A stretch of 64,000 nt of DNA. Origin: Trichodelitschia bisporula (Eukaryota). Below are positions 46,574-58,100 of the stretch, in pieces (within the stretch, counting starts at the first letter, position 1; each line of letters starts with the position of its first letter). The stretch lies in NCBI GenBank assembly GCA_010356995.1, contig ML996702.1:496001-560000 (forward strand). Direction: 5' to 3'. Below the pieces are notes generated by a model, which saw only the letters and a list, made by a program, of their open reading frames with translations, did not search any database and had not been told where the DNA came from. The position numbers and the translations under genes are program-made.

Positions 46574-48592
46574 ATGGCTGACAATCAGCATCCGTTCATT
46601 CAGCTGAAGCCCCCCGTAACCGACTTCGTGACCTACCTCACGCTTATTGAGCATAACCTTACTGAAGCCAATCTCCCCCTCCTCCACGAGATCCTGCAGG
46701 ATACCACGGTCACTGAGGGTATCGGCTGGGATCTGGTTCACTTGCTCATTGTGCTCCTCCCCGCTTCCCAGGAGTGCTTGCTCGATGTCGCGCGCCTGGG
46801 CAATCCGCGCGAGGTGCTGCTCAAGATCGCGGAGGCTCTGCGCGCCCTCGAGCTAGACGCCCTCGAGGAACCGACAGAAGACGAAGAAGAAGAAGAAGAA
46901 GATGGTGCCGACGCTTCTGCAGATAAACTCGTTGCCGGCGCATCCAGCTCGCAGGAATACCCACCGGACACTGAGCCCAAGCTACCGCTCCCAGTGCTCC
47001 AGTTCCGCGCTCTCCTGGACATGCTCTCCATCATCCATCCCCGCATCAAAACCAAATACCCAAGCCGCTTCCTCTCCACCACGCTCCAAGGCGTGCTCAG
47101 CGCCTATTGCAAGGCAACCATGTGCCACGACGAGCTCACCCACGACGTCGTCAAGTTCGTCAAGACCGTCACGGGGACCAAGCGGCCGCAACTCCCGCCG
47201 CGCGTCAGCAGTAGCCACATGCTGACGTCGCTGCCGAAGCGATCTGCGCCCGATCCCGAGGCGCAGGCCGAGCCGCCGTCGGCAGAAGAGGCCGAAATGC
47301 AGGAGCGGCTCTTGCAGTCGTTCTTGACGCACCTCCTCGAGGACTATCTCCTCTCGGTATCCTCCGAAGATGACGTCCCGGGCATGGCCTGGTCCGCCCG
47401 GCTACAGGAAAAACTTCGCCCAAACCACATCGTCCCCGGAAAACCCACCTTCCGCGCACGCTTCGCCGAATCCCCCGCCCTGCAGACCCAAGCCTCCACA
47501 GTAGGACAACTCGTCGCCCTAGCGCAAGACCTCGGTCTGTCGTCCGCAGAGCTCTCCGCCGTGATCCTCGACCCCACTCCCGAATCCCCCAACCCCAACC
47601 CAGAAGAAGAAGAAGAATCCGCCCCCCCAACCTCCCCCTCCTCCATCCCCCTCTCAAAACCCGGCTCCCTCCTCCTCCTCTCCGCCCGCAAAGCCCTCTC
47701 CGCTCTCTACACCCAACCCCCGTCCACCCCCCCGCTCGCTATCTTCCCCACCCACGCGGCCCTCCTATCCAACTTCTTCGGCTCCGCCTCACGCAGCTCC
47801 ATCGGCCTCGAGCCGCCCGCCCTCGTCGACGCAGTTCTCTTCCTCGGTCTCCTGGCTCTGAGCGACGATAACATCGGCTCCCCAGCCACGGACGACGAAT
47901 TCACAACCTATTTACAATCCACCTCCGTGCTCTCAGCGAACACGAGCAGCCCCGCGCTCCGCGCCGCGGCCCACGAACTCACATCCACGGTCCTGCGCTC
48001 GCATCCCAGCGATATCGTCCGGCTGGCGTTTATACGCGACACGCTCGAGCACTGTCCTTATGAGAATCTTAAGGCCAGCGCAGTGAGCTGGCTCAAGGGC
48101 GAGACGGTCGAGGCAAACCCCCCCACCGCGTCTCCCATCCCCAACGGCGGGGAATCCATCTTCGCGACCCCAGTCGCGCTGAACACCGTCGCGCCCTTCC
48201 TATTCCCCGACCTACGCAGCGGGGGGCTGACGGAGGAGCCGCTGTCCGAAGCCTACATGCAGTTCCGGCTGGACATGGGGTTCCGGCTCTCGGCGCTCAA
48301 CTTTTACTACCTCCTCTGGATGGCGCCGCATCTGCGCGACGCGCTCGAGGTGGGGAAATTTGCGAAGGAGCACGAGATTACTACTAGGTTTTTGAAGCCG
48401 TTGAGCGGGGCGGTTGAGGTCTTTCAAAAGGCGTTGAGGAAGGGGGGCGAGCTTACGGTGGGGAGGGGGGAGGAGAAGGGGTATCTGGGCACGGAGGAGT
48501 GGGGTGAGTTGAGGATTTTGGATGATGTGCTGAAGAGGACGGTGCATGTTGAGGATGTGCTGAGGGATGTGGGACTGCCGAAGATGCCGTGA
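46574..48592 (+). CDS. YAP-binding/ALF4/glomulin family protein (Ybp1-like, DUF1760)
   Basis: PPVTDFVTYLTLIEHNL, IGWDLVHLL, VARLGNPREVLLK, HPRIKTKYPSRFL, FIRDTLEHCPYENLKASAVSWLK; second ATG (MADNQHP) is the likelier start. Confidence 0.85.
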   Translation: MADNQHPFIQLKPPVTDFVTYLTLIEHNLTEANLPLLHEILQDTTVTEGIGWDLVHLLIVLLPASQECLLDVARLGNPREVLLKIAEALRALELDALEEPTEDEEEEEEDGADASADKLVAGASSSQEYPPDTEPKLPLPVLQFRALLDMLSIIHPRIKTKYPSRFLSTTLQGVLSAYCKATMCHDELTHDVVKFVKTVTGTKRPQLPPRVSSSHMLTSLPKRSAPDPEAQAEPPSAEEAEMQERLLQSFLTHLLEDYLLSVSSEDDVPGMAWSARLQEKLRPNHIVPGKPTFRARFAESPALQTQASTVGQLVALAQDLGLSSAELSAVILDPTPESPNPNPEEEEESAPPTSPSSIPLSKPGSLLLLSARKALSALYTQPPSTPPLAIFPTHAALLSNFFGSASRSSIGLEPPALVDAVLFLGLLALSDDNIGSPATDDEFTTYLQSTSVLSANTSSPALRAAAHELTSTVLRSHPSDIVRLAFIRDTLEHCPYENLKASAVSWLKGETVEANPPTASPIPNGGESIFATPVALNTVAPFLFPDLRSGGLTEEPLSEAYMQFRLDMGFRLSALNFYYLLWMAPHLRDALEVGKFAKEHEITTRFLKPLSGAVEVFQKALRKGGELTVGRGEEKGYLGTEEWGELRILDDVLKRTVHVEDVLRDVGLPKMP

Positions 48593-49186
48593 CTTTCTTT
48601 CAGGCGGGCGAAGATGGGATGGGTGCGATTTTGGTGGGCTTGTGAGGTTTATGAGGGACGTGTTCTGTCATATGGTTGATTGCTAGGCATAACTACGGCG
48701 TATGCTACGACTCCAGTACGTATGGATGTTAATCCCATGCCTACCACCTCTCAGCTTGCTCCATATCTCCACGCCTCAACTCAAGCACTTCAACCAAACA
48801 AAAACACCCATCAATTCACCTCAGCACAACAAATTCTCATAATCATAACAACCTCTGACCACTGCCAGAGCCCCAAAAGACCGCTTCCACCCACCTGCCA
48901 CTTCCCTAGCTAGATACAAAAACCCATGCCCGCTATTAGGCGTTGAGCCCCAGCTCCTTAGTCCCACTGCCTACATAAAAACGATGTAGCAGGAAAAAGA
49001 CCCGCCGTCGCCGATGCCGATGCCCGGCCGCCCGTCAATAAGCCCGAAAAATAAAAGTCCAAACTCCACTCGCAGCTAGTATGTAGCTGGTGACAGTTCC
49101 GTCCTAGTCAATGACCGCAAGAGAATACTCCGCCCAATCCCGAACCGACCAAAATATCAAGACAGACAGATATGCCACCGCCCCCC

Positions 49187-52174
49187 TCAGCACGCATAAA
49201 CTTTTATAGACTCGCCCCTCCGCACCCCTCCCCCCTCCCCCCCCCCCTCCTCCGAACTCCCATACCCCGCATCGCTCTCCTCCCATTCCCCCCCCCCAAC
49301 GCCAACACCAACCAGCACCCGACTCGCCCTCAAACACCTCTCCACCACCACCCCACGCACACCCTCATCCCCCACCGCCCTCCTCCCCCCCTCCCCCCCG
49401 ACCCAAACCCTCATAACCGCCGCCAAACGCTCCAATCCCCCCCTCGCCACCCCCAACATCCCCTTCTCCTCCTCCGTACAGTGTCGGAGCAACATAAACG
49501 CCGCCACAAAGCTCAGCAACGTGAAGCCCGCCTCTGCAGGCGCATACGCATTCACCATCGCCGCCACGACTTCAGCGCCCACGGCGCTGGTCTCCGCGAC
49601 GCACAGGCACTTCGCGAGCGCCAGCGCGGTCTTGACGTCGACGCCGACGGGCCTCTCGCTGACGTCGTTGAGCAGCGAGGATGGGGAGGCGGGGACGGGG
49701 AGGGCGCGCTTGCGGGAGGGGAGCGTGGCGAGGGCAGTGCGGATGTGCGCGTCGCGGTTATGCGGGACGAGTACGGCGCGGGAGACCAGGGCGCGGACGT
49801 GCGCGGTCGAAGTCGGGGGCGCGGTTTTAATAGCCAGCTCGAGATCGGCGTGTAAGTCAGATTCGGCATCGGCGCCTGGGTCCGTAGTAAGGGACTGGAC
49901 CAGCACGTGCGAGACCATGAGGGTGGACCACCAGGCGGCGAGGGCATCGAGGGGCGACGAGATGGCGAAGTCCTCAACCACTGTATCCATGCTCTCATCG
50001 GCGCGGACGTCCTCGGCAACCGGCTTATTCCAGGCAAGGTTGTACGCGCGCTGGATGATGGGCGCGACGAGCACGTCATCTGAATCCAGCTCGAGCAGCG
50101 CGGCGAGGTGTTCGGGCAGGGCCTCGATGCCCTCGCGCTGGTCGTGCGGGGTATTCATGTAAAGATGGTGCTCCTCGCGGGAGGCATTCCAGTAGCGACG
50201 TGAGAGCTTGGCGCCCACGAAGTCGAACTTGAACCACTTGACCGCCTTCGCGACCTCCCAGAGCAAGACGCGGATGTGCAGCGCCTTGAGCATCAAGCGG
50301 ACCGGAGTATCGGGTAGCGTGCCCGAGGCCATGAGCGTGAGAATCAGGCGGCTCATGCTGATCTCGGCGTCGCCGCCTGTGAGCTGCGCGTCAAGGGCAA
50401 TGTCCCAGGCCTTGACGCGGGCGGCTTCTTGTTCCTTGGTGATGCCGGTGAGCAGGGCGTAGCCGTGCCAGCCGACCAGCTTGCGCGTGCTCAGCTTCAG
50501 CGTCTTGAGCACCAGGGCCGCCAGCTCGAGCAAAAAGCTATGGCGCGGTACCCAGACGGTCTGGATGGCGGTCAGCCATGCTTTGCGGCGGACCTCGACA
50601 GGCGAAGCGAGAGAGGGCACAGGGGCTAGGCGGACAGCTGAAGTCCCCTTTCTCTTCGGTCTCGGCTTGAAGTCGAACAGCGGGGCGATGACGTATATGA
50701 CCGCGCTAAGCAGCACCAACAGCTTGAGGCTCGAAAACGCGGCGTGGGACGAAAGACCAAAGACCGATTTCGGAACCAAAGAGTCCGCAATGAGACGGAG
50801 AAGAGGGAAGGGCAAGGCAAATAATCCCCGATCCTCAGGAGCGTCACCGGACTTTTCCGCCTCCCGCGCCACAAAGCCTTCCATGAACATGAGCCCGGCC
50901 AACGAACCTACCATGAGCTTCGCGGCAAAGTTGGACCCGCGTCCGCGTCCTTGGAATCCGTTTTCACCAGGCATATGGCCACGGGCTGGACTGCCTGCAT
51001 ACATAGGGTAGCCGTTGGCCGGGGTCGGGTACGGCGCTTGGGCCGCCTGGGCACGGTGGAGGTTCATGATGTTCTCAGGTACGGGAATAAGACCCTGTGG
51101 CGGGTTCGGGTCGGGCATCTGCGGTGCCGATGGTCTAGGAAACGTCTGCTCCGCGTACCGTGGCAGGCCATCTGGCATAACCAACGCCCCAGCATTTGCC
51201 AGCTTCTCATACTGTTGCAGTCGCGCCTTGTACGATGCCACCTCATCCTGAAGTACCTTGTTACGCCTCTCGAGGTGCCGAATGTATTCCGTTGCCTTGG
51301 AAAGTACAGTAGCCTTGTTCAGCTTGTGAGCAGGCGTCAGGCCATCCAAGTCTTCTTGGTCGTCGTCTTCGTCACACTGGCCGTTTGCGCGAGACGTAAC
51401 GCGGAGACTGGGGACGCTGTCTCGCAAGGCGGCGATCTTGTCGTTGAGGTTAGTGCGATATCGCTTCTCGATCATGTTGTGCGACGTCTTCTTCACGGGG
51501 CCTTGTTTTCCCGTCTTTTCGGATCCCGATTCTCCACCGGAGGACTTGCGCTTCTTATTCCGGGACTGCACGGGCTCGGGTGAGGACTCCTGTGAGTGAG
51601 AAGCGTGCGCCGAACCCGGACTGTGTTCGAGACCTGGCGTTGAAATCGGTGGCGCTGGAACGGAGCCGGTTTGCAGCTGCTGGTCGTCCGGTGAAAGCGG
51701 CGATACCAGAGTCTGGTTAACCGCGTCCAGGGATGATGTCGGGCTCCAGGTGCTGCCGATGGGGAAAGATGTCGACGCTGAACTGGGAATGGTCGACGGA
51801 TCGAACGCAGGCACCCCAAAGTCAAATGCCGGGGCCATGCTCAGCGGCTGACCGAAGGAGTATGGAATACCATCCAACCTGTGCGGCACATAGGCTGGAA
51901 CAGTTTGGATGGAAAGTGTCTCTTCGACGGAAGGTTGGCGAGGAGTGTACGCGGGTGGTTTTTGCTCGGGCTTGACGAACGAAAGGGGACTCTGTGGATT
52001 GCGAGCCTTTGGAGACGGTTGTGCCTGCGCGGGATTCCATGCCATGAACTCCTCCCAGGCTCCTCCCGGTACGGCATCGTGAGGCTGTTGCGAAATGAGT
52101 TGAGTTTCGTCTGATGGCGCAACAATCCATGCCGATCCGTCGTTCAGATCGTAAGCTCCCGCTGATCCGTCCAT
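49187..52174 (-). CDS. srbA: SREBP-type bHLH transcription factor (SrbA/Sre1 type) with TM segments and C-terminal DUF2014
   Basis: KKTSHNMIEKRYRTNLNDKIAALRDSVP carries the SREBP-diagnostic Tyr; KLNKATVLSKATEYIRHLE; KLMVGSLAGLM; RRKAWLTAIQTVWVPRH; AWDIALDAQLTGGDAEIS; first ATG at 52174. Confidence 0.93.
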   Translation of the reverse strand: MDGSAGAYDLNDGSAWIVAPSDETQLISQQPHDAVPGGAWEEFMAWNPAQAQPSPKARNPQSPLSFVKPEQKPPAYTPRQPSVEETLSIQTVPAYVPHRLDGIPYSFGQPLSMAPAFDFGVPAFDPSTIPSSASTSFPIGSTWSPTSSLDAVNQTLVSPLSPDDQQLQTGSVPAPPISTPGLEHSPGSAHASHSQESSPEPVQSRNKKRKSSGGESGSEKTGKQGPVKKTSHNMIEKRYRTNLNDKIAALRDSVPSLRVTSRANGQCDEDDDQEDLDGLTPAHKLNKATVLSKATEYIRHLERRNKVLQDEVASYKARLQQYEKLANAGALVMPDGLPRYAEQTFPRPSAPQMPDPNPPQGLIPVPENIMNLHRAQAAQAPYPTPANGYPMYAGSPARGHMPGENGFQGRGRGSNFAAKLMVGSLAGLMFMEGFVAREAEKSGDAPEDRGLFALPFPLLRLIADSLVPKSVFGLSSHAAFSSLKLLVLLSAVIYVIAPLFDFKPRPKRKGTSAVRLAPVPSLASPVEVRRKAWLTAIQTVWVPRHSFLLELAALVLKTLKLSTRKLVGWHGYALLTGITKEQEAARVKAWDIALDAQLTGGDAEISMSRLILTLMASGTLPDTPVRLMLKALHIRVLLWEVAKAVKWFKFDFVGAKLSRRYWNASREEHHLYMNTPHDQREGIEALPEHLAALLELDSDDVLVAPIIQRAYNLAWNKPVAEDVRADESMDTVVEDFAISSPLDALAAWWSTLMVSHVLVQSLTTDPGADAESDLHADLELAIKTAPPTSTAHVRALVSRAVLVPHNRDAHIRTALATLPSRKRALPVPASPSSLLNDVSERPVGVDVKTALALAKCLCVAETSAVGAEVVAAMVNAYAPAEAGFTLLSFVAAFMLLRHCTEEEKGMLGVARGGLERLAAVMRVWVGGEGGRRAVGDEGVRGVVVERCLRASRVLVGVGVGGGEWEESDAGYGSSEEGGGEGGGVRRGESIKVYAC

Positions 52175-55100
52175 GGTGGTGGTTGGGTTCACGTAGGGAT
52201 ATGGAAATTATGCACTTTCGACCTCGGCGTTCAGGATGGGTCAGCAAAGTCAGAGGCGCATCTAGTCGGTAAATGGGAGATATAGAAGTATCGGGTCCAG
52301 TTGAGCTGAATGACAGCAGATGCTTGACAGCAGGTGCTTGACGGCAGCTAGTTGCCGAGAGCTTCGCGTTGTTCGACTCTTAAAGGCAGATTGGCGACGA
52401 GATGCGGAGAGCTGGAGGAAGGGAGGTCAGGTCTCCGGTGATGTCGAGGGATGTCGCGACCAGGATGAGCGAGGAGCACGGGGCTGCACGCAATTGAAGG
52501 GATGAAAGGGGCACGCGGGATTGCCGGGTCACTACAGTACGACAGCGAAGCACGAAGCTGTAGGAGGTGTGGGAGAGTTGGACGAGGTTTCTTTTCGAGG
52601 GTTCCAATTATAAGTGAGAGAGAATGGAGGGTGGGAGAAGATGGCGATAGGATCAGTTGAGGTGCATTCAAAATGGAGGGATGAGATGGGATGGGGGGAG
52701 GGGACAATAATTGGGGGAGGAGGGAGGGGAGGGAGGGGGGGAAGGTGGGAAAAAAATCAAGGCCTGCCGGGGGGTGACTGGGTTGATGAGGGAGGTCAAG
52801 ACGAAGCGTGGCTTTGGCAACTTGCCCAGCAGCCGCCCAGCGTTTATCTTCCCCCACAGCACAAAGGCGGAGGAGATAGCAGTGGCAGACGTCTTCACTC
52901 TCTTGAATTGGAGATGGCCCAAGAAAGTTCCTCGCAACGCAACGAAGCTGTGTTGTTGTCCCTCTCCCTTTCTTCCTTTTTGATGAGCTTCAAGCGAACC
53001 GTTGACGTGGGGATGGGGGGGAGCCGAGCTGAAGGAGCTCTGCTGCAGGGACAGCTTGTGCAGTTTAGTATAGCTTAGCTTCCGGCAAGCGCCTGAAACA
53101 CCCTTGAAGGCAATCAGATGCAATGAGAAACAAGTCGAAGGCAACGGTAAAGAGGAATGCCTTGGATGGAGGGGTGTTGGGAAGTGAGTGAGCTATCAGA
53201 GGAAGAGGTTGCAAGCTTCATGAGAAGGGGCGTTGCGTGCGGCCCTTCGATCTGTACAATGCCAACGTAGGCAAGCATCAACCAGCTCTCTACGGTTGTA
53301 CTTCTGGGAGAGACGGAAGGAATTGCACAGAGTGTTTTCAGCTCCGGGATATCTTTGTTTACTGTCGTCTAGAACTACGGGTAAACGTTTCACGACTCGG
53401 CCCGCAGCCCGCAATCTCGCGCAGTCGAATCGTCATTACTCGGATCGTGCAGCGGCAAGATCGGCGACGAGGTACGTACCCAAGATCCACAACCCAGCCA
53501 GAGGCTGCAGATGGGAATCTGGATTTGCAAAGTCCGATACCCGTCCTTCCAAATCCAGCAATAATGCTCCGTCCGAATTTATCTCTATAAAATGCAAAGA
53601 ATCGGCCGAATCATGGACTCGTCCAAATGGTGCACTTTTGAACCGCTCAAAATATCAATTGTCATTCCCTGGTCCCATATGCAGTACGCTCCCATCTACC
53701 GAACTACCAGCCCCACCCACATCAACTTATCAGATCCAGCTCCGCAGCTCAACAAAGGGATTGATTAGCTGGACCCCGCTTATAGCTCCCGTTCCAGTAC
53801 CAATTCTCGATTGCCCCAGGAATGGCTTCACACGTGTCGAAGAGTCATCGCTCTCAGCTCCACCCACACTATTCGTTCAAAGGCGAGCGACGACCCGGAA
53901 CCAGACCGAGGCCCTTGAACTTCAGCATCAGTTGGTCTGGACGAGTCCGTAGTGGAGTCTATTACCTGCCAAGCTCTCTGCCATCCCTCAGGGTCCAAGT
54001 GGTGATGATGCCTCGTGTACGTAGTAGCACTCGTGCGTCAAAGCATGTGATCTGGGAAGTTGAGAGAGCGGCTCAACCAGTTGAGTCGGAGGTTCAACCA
54101 CTGAGCAGTGGCTACCAGTTTTCATACGCAGAGGTTAACAATGACCATCTTTCCAGGAAAGCTACCGGTTCGGGTTGGCATGTCGGGTGAAAGAAGTGGC
54201 AGGAACGAGCGGTAGACGACGGAACGATAGGAAAGCCGATCAACCATACCTTCGAATATTCGACTCCGCACATCCAAAACCGCGCAGAGATATCATCGGT
54301 CATCTGAAGAGAACAACCTGAGTTGCGAATTCTGCCTTCATCACTCCCGTCTCGTCATTTGGATTGTGCTTCCAGCGACCAGCTAAGCCAAGCTCTGCAA
54401 TTCTCATTTTGTGCTCCCGGAACCGTATCGTGTCGCCCGAGGCGGGAGTATCTGCCAGCAGTGTGGATGACAGCACCGACGGGACGATCCAAAGCCAGTT
54501 CCATCTGGAACACGACGAGTAGGACGAGGGCATCCCCATCAACCGCAAACTGAAAACTGAAAAGTTAACCTCGCTGATGATAGCCGAGAATGTATGTGGA
54601 CAAGGCAACAGTAGCACGGCACAAGACATGGTACCATTTGCTTAATCAAAGACATTCTGCATTCGCTAACTTGGATAGTGTTGTCCCCTTCGATACGGCA
54701 GGCGTGGCTCCGACAGCGTCCCGATACCTGCTCACATCTCTTCACCTGTCCTTTCGGACGTCTGGCGTCTGTTCAAAAAGTGCAACTGGTAACGGCAGGC
54801 GGAGAATAACACACTGCGCAACCAAGGGCTCCAGACGACCTAGAGGAAACGATAGGAATACAACCCATTCTACCCCACAAGCTAGGAAGGCACCATGGCG
54901 TCCAGAGATAATGGTCCAACAACCTCATCGGTTGAGATCAGAAGACTTTTGTCGTGATACGGTACGGACAAGTCGAACGATTGGCGTCTCAAGCACCTGC
55001 AAGCCGGTGGCAAAAGGGTATTGAGAATGCAAGATGTGGTAGTACAGTCACTTATGCAAGTCCATTGCGGACTCCAGGACCTTGCAGTACCGTACACCGA

Positions 55101-58100
55101 CGGGCGCGGCTACTTTAACTTGTTAATCTGGTTCCTTCAGAAAAGAGTCGAACGACTCTTACGAATTAGGCCATTTGGCGCTGTGATTCAATAGCCTCAA
55201 CTCCTTTGAGTATCCTGCCATGCAACAGGTGTTCGTCATCACATCTACGATGCGAATCCAACGGCGAACCCGGGATCCCGCGTCAAGCCGCGCGGCAATC
55301 GCAGCCACCTCAAAGCCACAGCGAATCCCAAAGTACACAAAGATGCTCACAATACGCAGGGCAGTTCTATGGCTCATATACTGTTGCCATATCTGCGTTC
55401 CGACACATCAACCCGTGGGGGACGGAGTTTCGACCTTGCGTTACGAAAGGCAGGAGATTCGGTCACCGAAGTGAAGGATAAGGACTCGCGCCTCGATATT
55501 CCATGGACGTGGCTCCGGAACTTGCAATACGTCGCAGGTTGGCGAGCGACGTGACCCAGGCTCGCTTAAGATACCTTCTCGTCCAGTCGTCCCACGCCCT
55601 ACGTAGGACTGGCATCTTGCAGGCTGTGGCTTCGCAGTCGTCGTCGGAAACTCGGAATAGCAGGGGTATGACGTGAGGCGGGCAGGACGAACCGGCACGC
55701 AGGCCGCGTCGAATTGCCCAAGGCCAGCTGCGATTCCTGATGTAGCAGCTAGTGCGTCGGCTCCAAGTGCCTATCAGGCGGTTCCTCCGGCTAGGAGCGG
55801 GACGGAAAATCTCCGCATCGCCTTGGAGCCGTCCCGCTGCGGACTGGGAAACTGGCGGGGGGGGGTTGACTGCAGTGTATTTGACATTCCGTTGGTTCAG
55901 CGGGACATGCAACTGGATTCGCTTGACGAGCATGAGTGGATTCGATTCCACGGAATATTTACGCGATTGGGCAGCTCAACCCTGACAGGCCGGGTGCGAT
56001 GCAGCCGGTGCTGCAGGAGAAACGGAGAGGAATCGATCGAAGTGCGAGAAAATATGCGGGACGATACTGGGAGCGAGATAGTGAACGCCTCATCTGCCGG
56101 CCAATCTTGTTGGCATTCGTCACTTGTTAGCGCTGCGGCATTGCCTAGCTCTGTCCCAAATCGGCGCATCCGATGATCCTGCTTTTGATCAGGCTAACGG
56201 CCTCTCTTTCGCTTCCGTCGGCGATGCAGGATCGCTTCGCATATCGCGCGAGTACCCACGTTCGACCCGCCGAAAAGAAGCACCGCAGCCTCTCCTCCCC
56301 CCGCTTCCAAGCGCACCTGCATCCTGCAGCGCTACCTGCACTCCTCATGCCGTGACTTGCTCCCTGATGCAAGCCACGGGAAGTCATTGGATATCTCAAG
56401 GAGGCGTCGCGAGTTGCACGGCATGACCATCCGCGAAATCCTGCTCTGCGAGCGCTGGGCCGCGCCACGGGTGGAGGTGAGCATGCCGGCTCCCCGCACG
56501 GATTGCCACGAGGCCCCGCCCCCAGAGCCCCCGATGGCTCCGATGCGATACACGATTGTCGGCCAGATGATGCGCTGCTGCGCGTTTTTGACGTTTTGTG
56601 TGGGTGGCGGGTGCAGCAGCACGGCTGACGAACCGGGGGAAGCGTGCTTATGCGAAGATCAATCCGCGGATTGGCCTCGAGGGAAGTGGTGGGTGGGAAA
56701 ATGTCCCGGATGGCCCCGATGTCTTCTCCTGCCCGTTGGCGATTTGCCTGTTCGCCGGGCTTCGTTTTGTCGCCGAGCTGGTACTGGATGCCATTTGCGA
56801 GTCGCGGGTTCCGAGCACGAGTCGCGAAATTCTCCGGTCCCGGCATGCCGAAAATCGAACGACACGGGCTGTGTGGCTGCAGATTATGGAGGTCTGGACT
56901 TTCTTGTGTAGACTTTGATCCTATCGATGTCCTACAGTACGACGTGGTCTCGTTTTGTTTTAACGTGGGCTGATAGACGCGAGACCTATTGGCTAATAGG
57001 CGCCCAGCGCAACATGACACACCTCACATGCCGCGAGCAGAACACAAGCTGAAGATAAAAATGTTCGGTAAGCGGGATTAAGACCAATATGGCCTGACTT
57101 TACCTTTGTCTAACGTGTATACCTTTCAGAGGTTAGTTCCACACATCGCCATCTGGGCCATCGTTTCATCCAGTGGTGGACGGAAAAGCCGGCACATCCA
57201 CGGCTTACCAGCCCGCATCCCACCTCAAGGTCCCCCGTTCTCGCACGGAAGCTGGATTAAGAATGGCACGAGCAAGATTTCACTGCCGTGGATCTACGAG
57301 AGCCTGCTCATGGGCTGTTCATTCACGGATCACGGATCTGGCTTCCGCGGTCCACCGCTACCGTATGTTAACGCGCAAACGCTGGGCCCACGACCGCAAG
57401 AGGTACCAAATTCCGGCCGTTGGCGATCTGGAATTACGCAAGTGCCTTCCAGCGCCCTGGTCGCCCGATCTGACGTTGCTTTCTCCGCGAATTAAGGCCG
57501 AGGGAAGCAGGAGCCGCGAAACACCATCGGCGGCCAGATCGCAACAACCAAAGGCTTGACCTACCACTTACGACCCGCATCTCACATCCGGGCGTGGTCT
57601 CTGCGCAACAGAGCCCTAAGCGCAAGGAGCTCCCGATGCTGCAAGGCTTCCTTTGGTAGTAGTCCATCTGAGATCCCCTCCCCGACTGAATCGGTTTCGA
57701 CGGAAGTTTAATCAATCCGCCGCCGACCGATAGATTACCCGCCAGATCTGGGTTGGGGGGTCCGTCCGGGCCGGGGAACGTCGCCAGATTTCGCACGAGA
57801 TTGCATATATGAACTCCCCCGCATAACTTGCGCTTGGCCAGGCCCTAGCTGGGTCCGCCAGGGCAAGCGGTGTAGGGCTTCGCTCCCGACTTCCGAAGCC
57901 GAATCTCGCCAGCCCTCATTCCGCGACAAAGGCAGGCTGCGGAGAGAGCTGAAGGCGAGCTCGAGAGAGCTGGACCTGCGAGCGATGGGGGGGCGGGCTT
58001 GCCGTGCGAGTGGTCGCGACGAATATCTCTCAGGCGCTCTCGCATTTCACATGGCCTTTGGGTAAGTTTTACGCAGACGTTAGCCTGCCAAAAGACCGCG

